Assembly (NCBI GenBank): GCA_905178155.1
Contig: CAJINV010000017.1
Span: forward strand, 1,472,269-1,536,268
DNA length: 64,000 nt
Source: Amoebophrya sp. A120
Lineage: Eukaryota > Protista > Dinoflagellata
Reading direction: 5' to 3'
Part shown: positions 62,018-64,000 of the stretch, in pieces
How positions within the stretch are numbered: position 1 is the first letter of the stretch
Layout of the letters: each line of letters begins with the position of its first letter
Made by a program: the position numbers and the translations under genes
Notes under the pieces: generated by a model
The model's database searches: none
Seen by the model: only the letters and a program-made list of their open reading frames with translations
What the model was told of the DNA's origin: nothing

Positions 62018-62739
62018 ACACGCCTTCTAGAGCTCCAAGAACCAAAAGTAGAAGCACAACAGATGAACTTTCGAGCTTATCATGTGTGTACTGTTTCAGT
62101 TTCTGTTTCGCATTCGCAGGCGATTGGCGACCCGTAAACGAGGATGCTAAAGCTGCCGTATGTTTCTTGTGTAACCATAGCGAGGCCCTCGTGGCTTGTT
62201 GTCTTCATAAAAAAAGCAATCACCTCACTGGAGGTCCGCAGTCGCAGCGTGTTCGTGCAGCTTCGCCAGTGATGCAAAAAAGAGTCCCTATAATTGGCTC
62301 TTGTGCTCCAGGCACAGTAGTTCGCTACACTGTCATTTTCGATATCGGGCAGCCTTTCTAAGTGCGCTTGCGTGAGAAACAAATGAACGCCTTCTCGTAC
62401 TGTCATCGACAGAATGCAGCTCACACCATCCTTGTGATATTCGATCCACCTCCGGTTCCGGTACCGATTCCAGTGTAATTGCAATGGATCCACCGTGGCG
62501 CGGTATTGTTCGCACGCGCATGTATATCTGGTCCGTTTTCCACGACTGATTCGAGTAAAAACTTTTTCTTTTGTGGACGTGGAGGATTTCAAAAAAAAAA
62601 AAGTTTATTTCATGTATTCATCGCTAGAGCAGATGCAGATACACCAGTAAATACAACTGATACCCGAGCAGCACATTCTCGCGCATAGATACTTAAACGT
62701 ACATACTCACACTCTTTTCCTGCTTACACTCACAAAAAG

Positions 62740-64000
62740 ATGTTGTCGGGCCCGATTTTTTTCAAAAAGTATCTGTCTGCAAAAAGATGGTGGAGTCGCC
62801 AACTCCATCGGCAGATTCGAAGAGCACTACTGGGCGGGTCTTCGCATCATGGTTCACCCTCGCTGTGCGCTGACGCCGGCGGTAGCGCCTCACAGGTAAT
62901 GGCATCTCACGAACGCCAGGTGCGGATGTATCACAGCCTCGCGGACGAGAATCCAGCAGATTGCCTCGCGGGTTTGAGATCACATACAGTGCCAGCCTCA
63001 GCGCTCTCTAGAGGGTTGACCGGCGTAGGAACCGTTGCAGGCAGGAGCACAGCGTCCTCCTCCAGGTCAACATCATCATCATCATCATCATCATGCCCGA
63101 GTGACGTCGTTCATAAAACCGGGAAGACGATGAGTCGTCAAAATCCACCAGCACGACAAGACCACGACCGCTACGAAAATCCCGATCCGCAAGAAGCCGG
63201 GATCACGGGCACGGCCTTGACGATTGGAGTCGTGTCCGCGTTGTGTTACGCGGTCGCGTCCGTGGTGTCCTTTTCATCATCTTCGTCCTCCTCGAAGAGT
63301 GCAAAAAGGTCAAGTTCCGCAGGGGACGATCGCAGCGCCAGAGGCGGAAAAAATACCGAAGTTCCCGCAGACAGCACGTCGCCCAGAATATCGCCACTGC
63401 CGCTTGCCAATCCGGAGGACGACCCTGAGAACTACGACTTCGTTGCCAAAGGCAGCATGCATTTTGTCTACCGCCTGAAGCAGGATATTAAAGGTCGTGA
63501 CGCAACCTCCTCCAACACCGTGCTTCGCGTCCGGAAGAACAGTCAGCAACAAGCGTTTTACGACGAGGAATTTCGACGGAGGGTTGTCAGATCGCTCTTC
63601 CCCGATTGCAACGTGCAGGTGCCGGAGATTGTATTAGCTTCGCCCGAGTTTCTGACCAGACTGGTCGAGCGAACGAGGGCGGCAGACAGTGCTACCTTCT
63701 CAGTAGAAGATGGAACTACAGCCAAGTCTTCTACAAACTCGGGCAGCTTGGCGTCATCTTCTTCATCCAAGAACGGAGATGATCTCATCCCGGTTTCTAA
63801 GCTCCGCGACGCAACCAGAACGTCCGCGTTAAGGAACACAAAATCTACTTCCGTGCTCACGATCGAGATCAAGCCCAAGTGCGGGTTGCAGGAGATCGAG
63901 ACGCTGCCGACGCGGTTCGAGATGCTGCAGTACCAGAAACTGCGGAACGGGGAAATCAGCCGAATCACGAGATATAATCCCGTCCAGATGTTCAAACCCA
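62740..64000 (+). CDS. IPPK: Inositol-pentakisphosphate 2-kinase-like (runs off the window end; absent from the ORF track)
   Basis: The frame is open from ATG 62740 to the end and contains VLRVRK, LTIEIKPKCG, RFEMLQYQK and ITRYNPVQMF. Confidence 0.8.
   Translation, partial: MLSGPIFFKKYLSAKRWWSRQLHRQIRRALLGGSSHHGSPSLCADAGGSASQVMASHERQVRMYHSLADENPADCLAGLRSHTVPASALSRGLTGVGTVAGRSTASSSRSTSSSSSSSCPSDVVHKTGKTMSRQNPPARQDHDRYENPDPQEAGITGTALTIGVVSALCYAVASVVSFSSSSSSSKSAKRSSSAGDDRSARGGKNTEVPADSTSPRISPLPLANPEDDPENYDFVAKGSMHFVYRLKQDIKGRDATSSNTVLRVRKNSQQQAFYDEEFRRRVVRSLFPDCNVQVPEIVLASPEFLTRLVERTRAADSATFSVEDGTTAKSSTNSGSLASSSSSKNGDDLIPVSKLRDATRTSALRNTKSTSVLTIEIKPKCGLQEIETLPTRFEMLQYQKLRNGEISRITRYNPVQMFKP

Noticed and set aside
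804-63995. Many minus-strand ORFs of 100-260 aa
   Set aside because: They are antisense shadows of + strand genes or GC-rich low-complexity frames with no recognisable domains.
1-64000. Dinoflagellate spliced-leader relics, tRNA or rRNA genes, and an autonomous transposase
   Set aside because: None was found by eye. The CCGTAGCC matches do not continue into the leader sequence.

Overview
This is eukaryotic DNA with about 16 protein genes, all on the + strand. The gene layout and intron type resemble the parasitic dinoflagellate Amoebophrya (Syndiniales); this is an inference, not a database result. Recognisable products are a 2OG-Fe(II) oxygenase, three SAM methyltransferases, an HSL-type lipase, an amidinotransferase, ASF1, an SRSF1-like SR protein, a DXO/Rai1-family nuclease, a TMEM65-GAF-GAF-C2 fusion, HYOU1/GRP170, a GH79 heparanase-like protein and a 3'-truncated IPPK. 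The dominant feature is 24 small MITE-like elements (150-559 bp; at least 6 sequence families plus singletons) with TAT...ATA terminal inverted repeats (TIRs) and 5-bp target-site duplications (TSDs). 23 of them interrupt coding exons, and removing the element plus one TSD-length restores the reading frame and conserved motifs, so they behave as non-canonical 'introner' introns alongside ordinary GT-AG introns. Conserved residues at degenerate TSDs point to a fixed 4|1 splice register (intron = N-TAT...ATA-NNNN). The families share an internal GCAT(C/G/T)ACA motif, two families occur in both orientations, and half of the exonic copies sit in pairs 37-46 nt apart. All splicing is inferred from DNA alone and coordinates were counted by hand.
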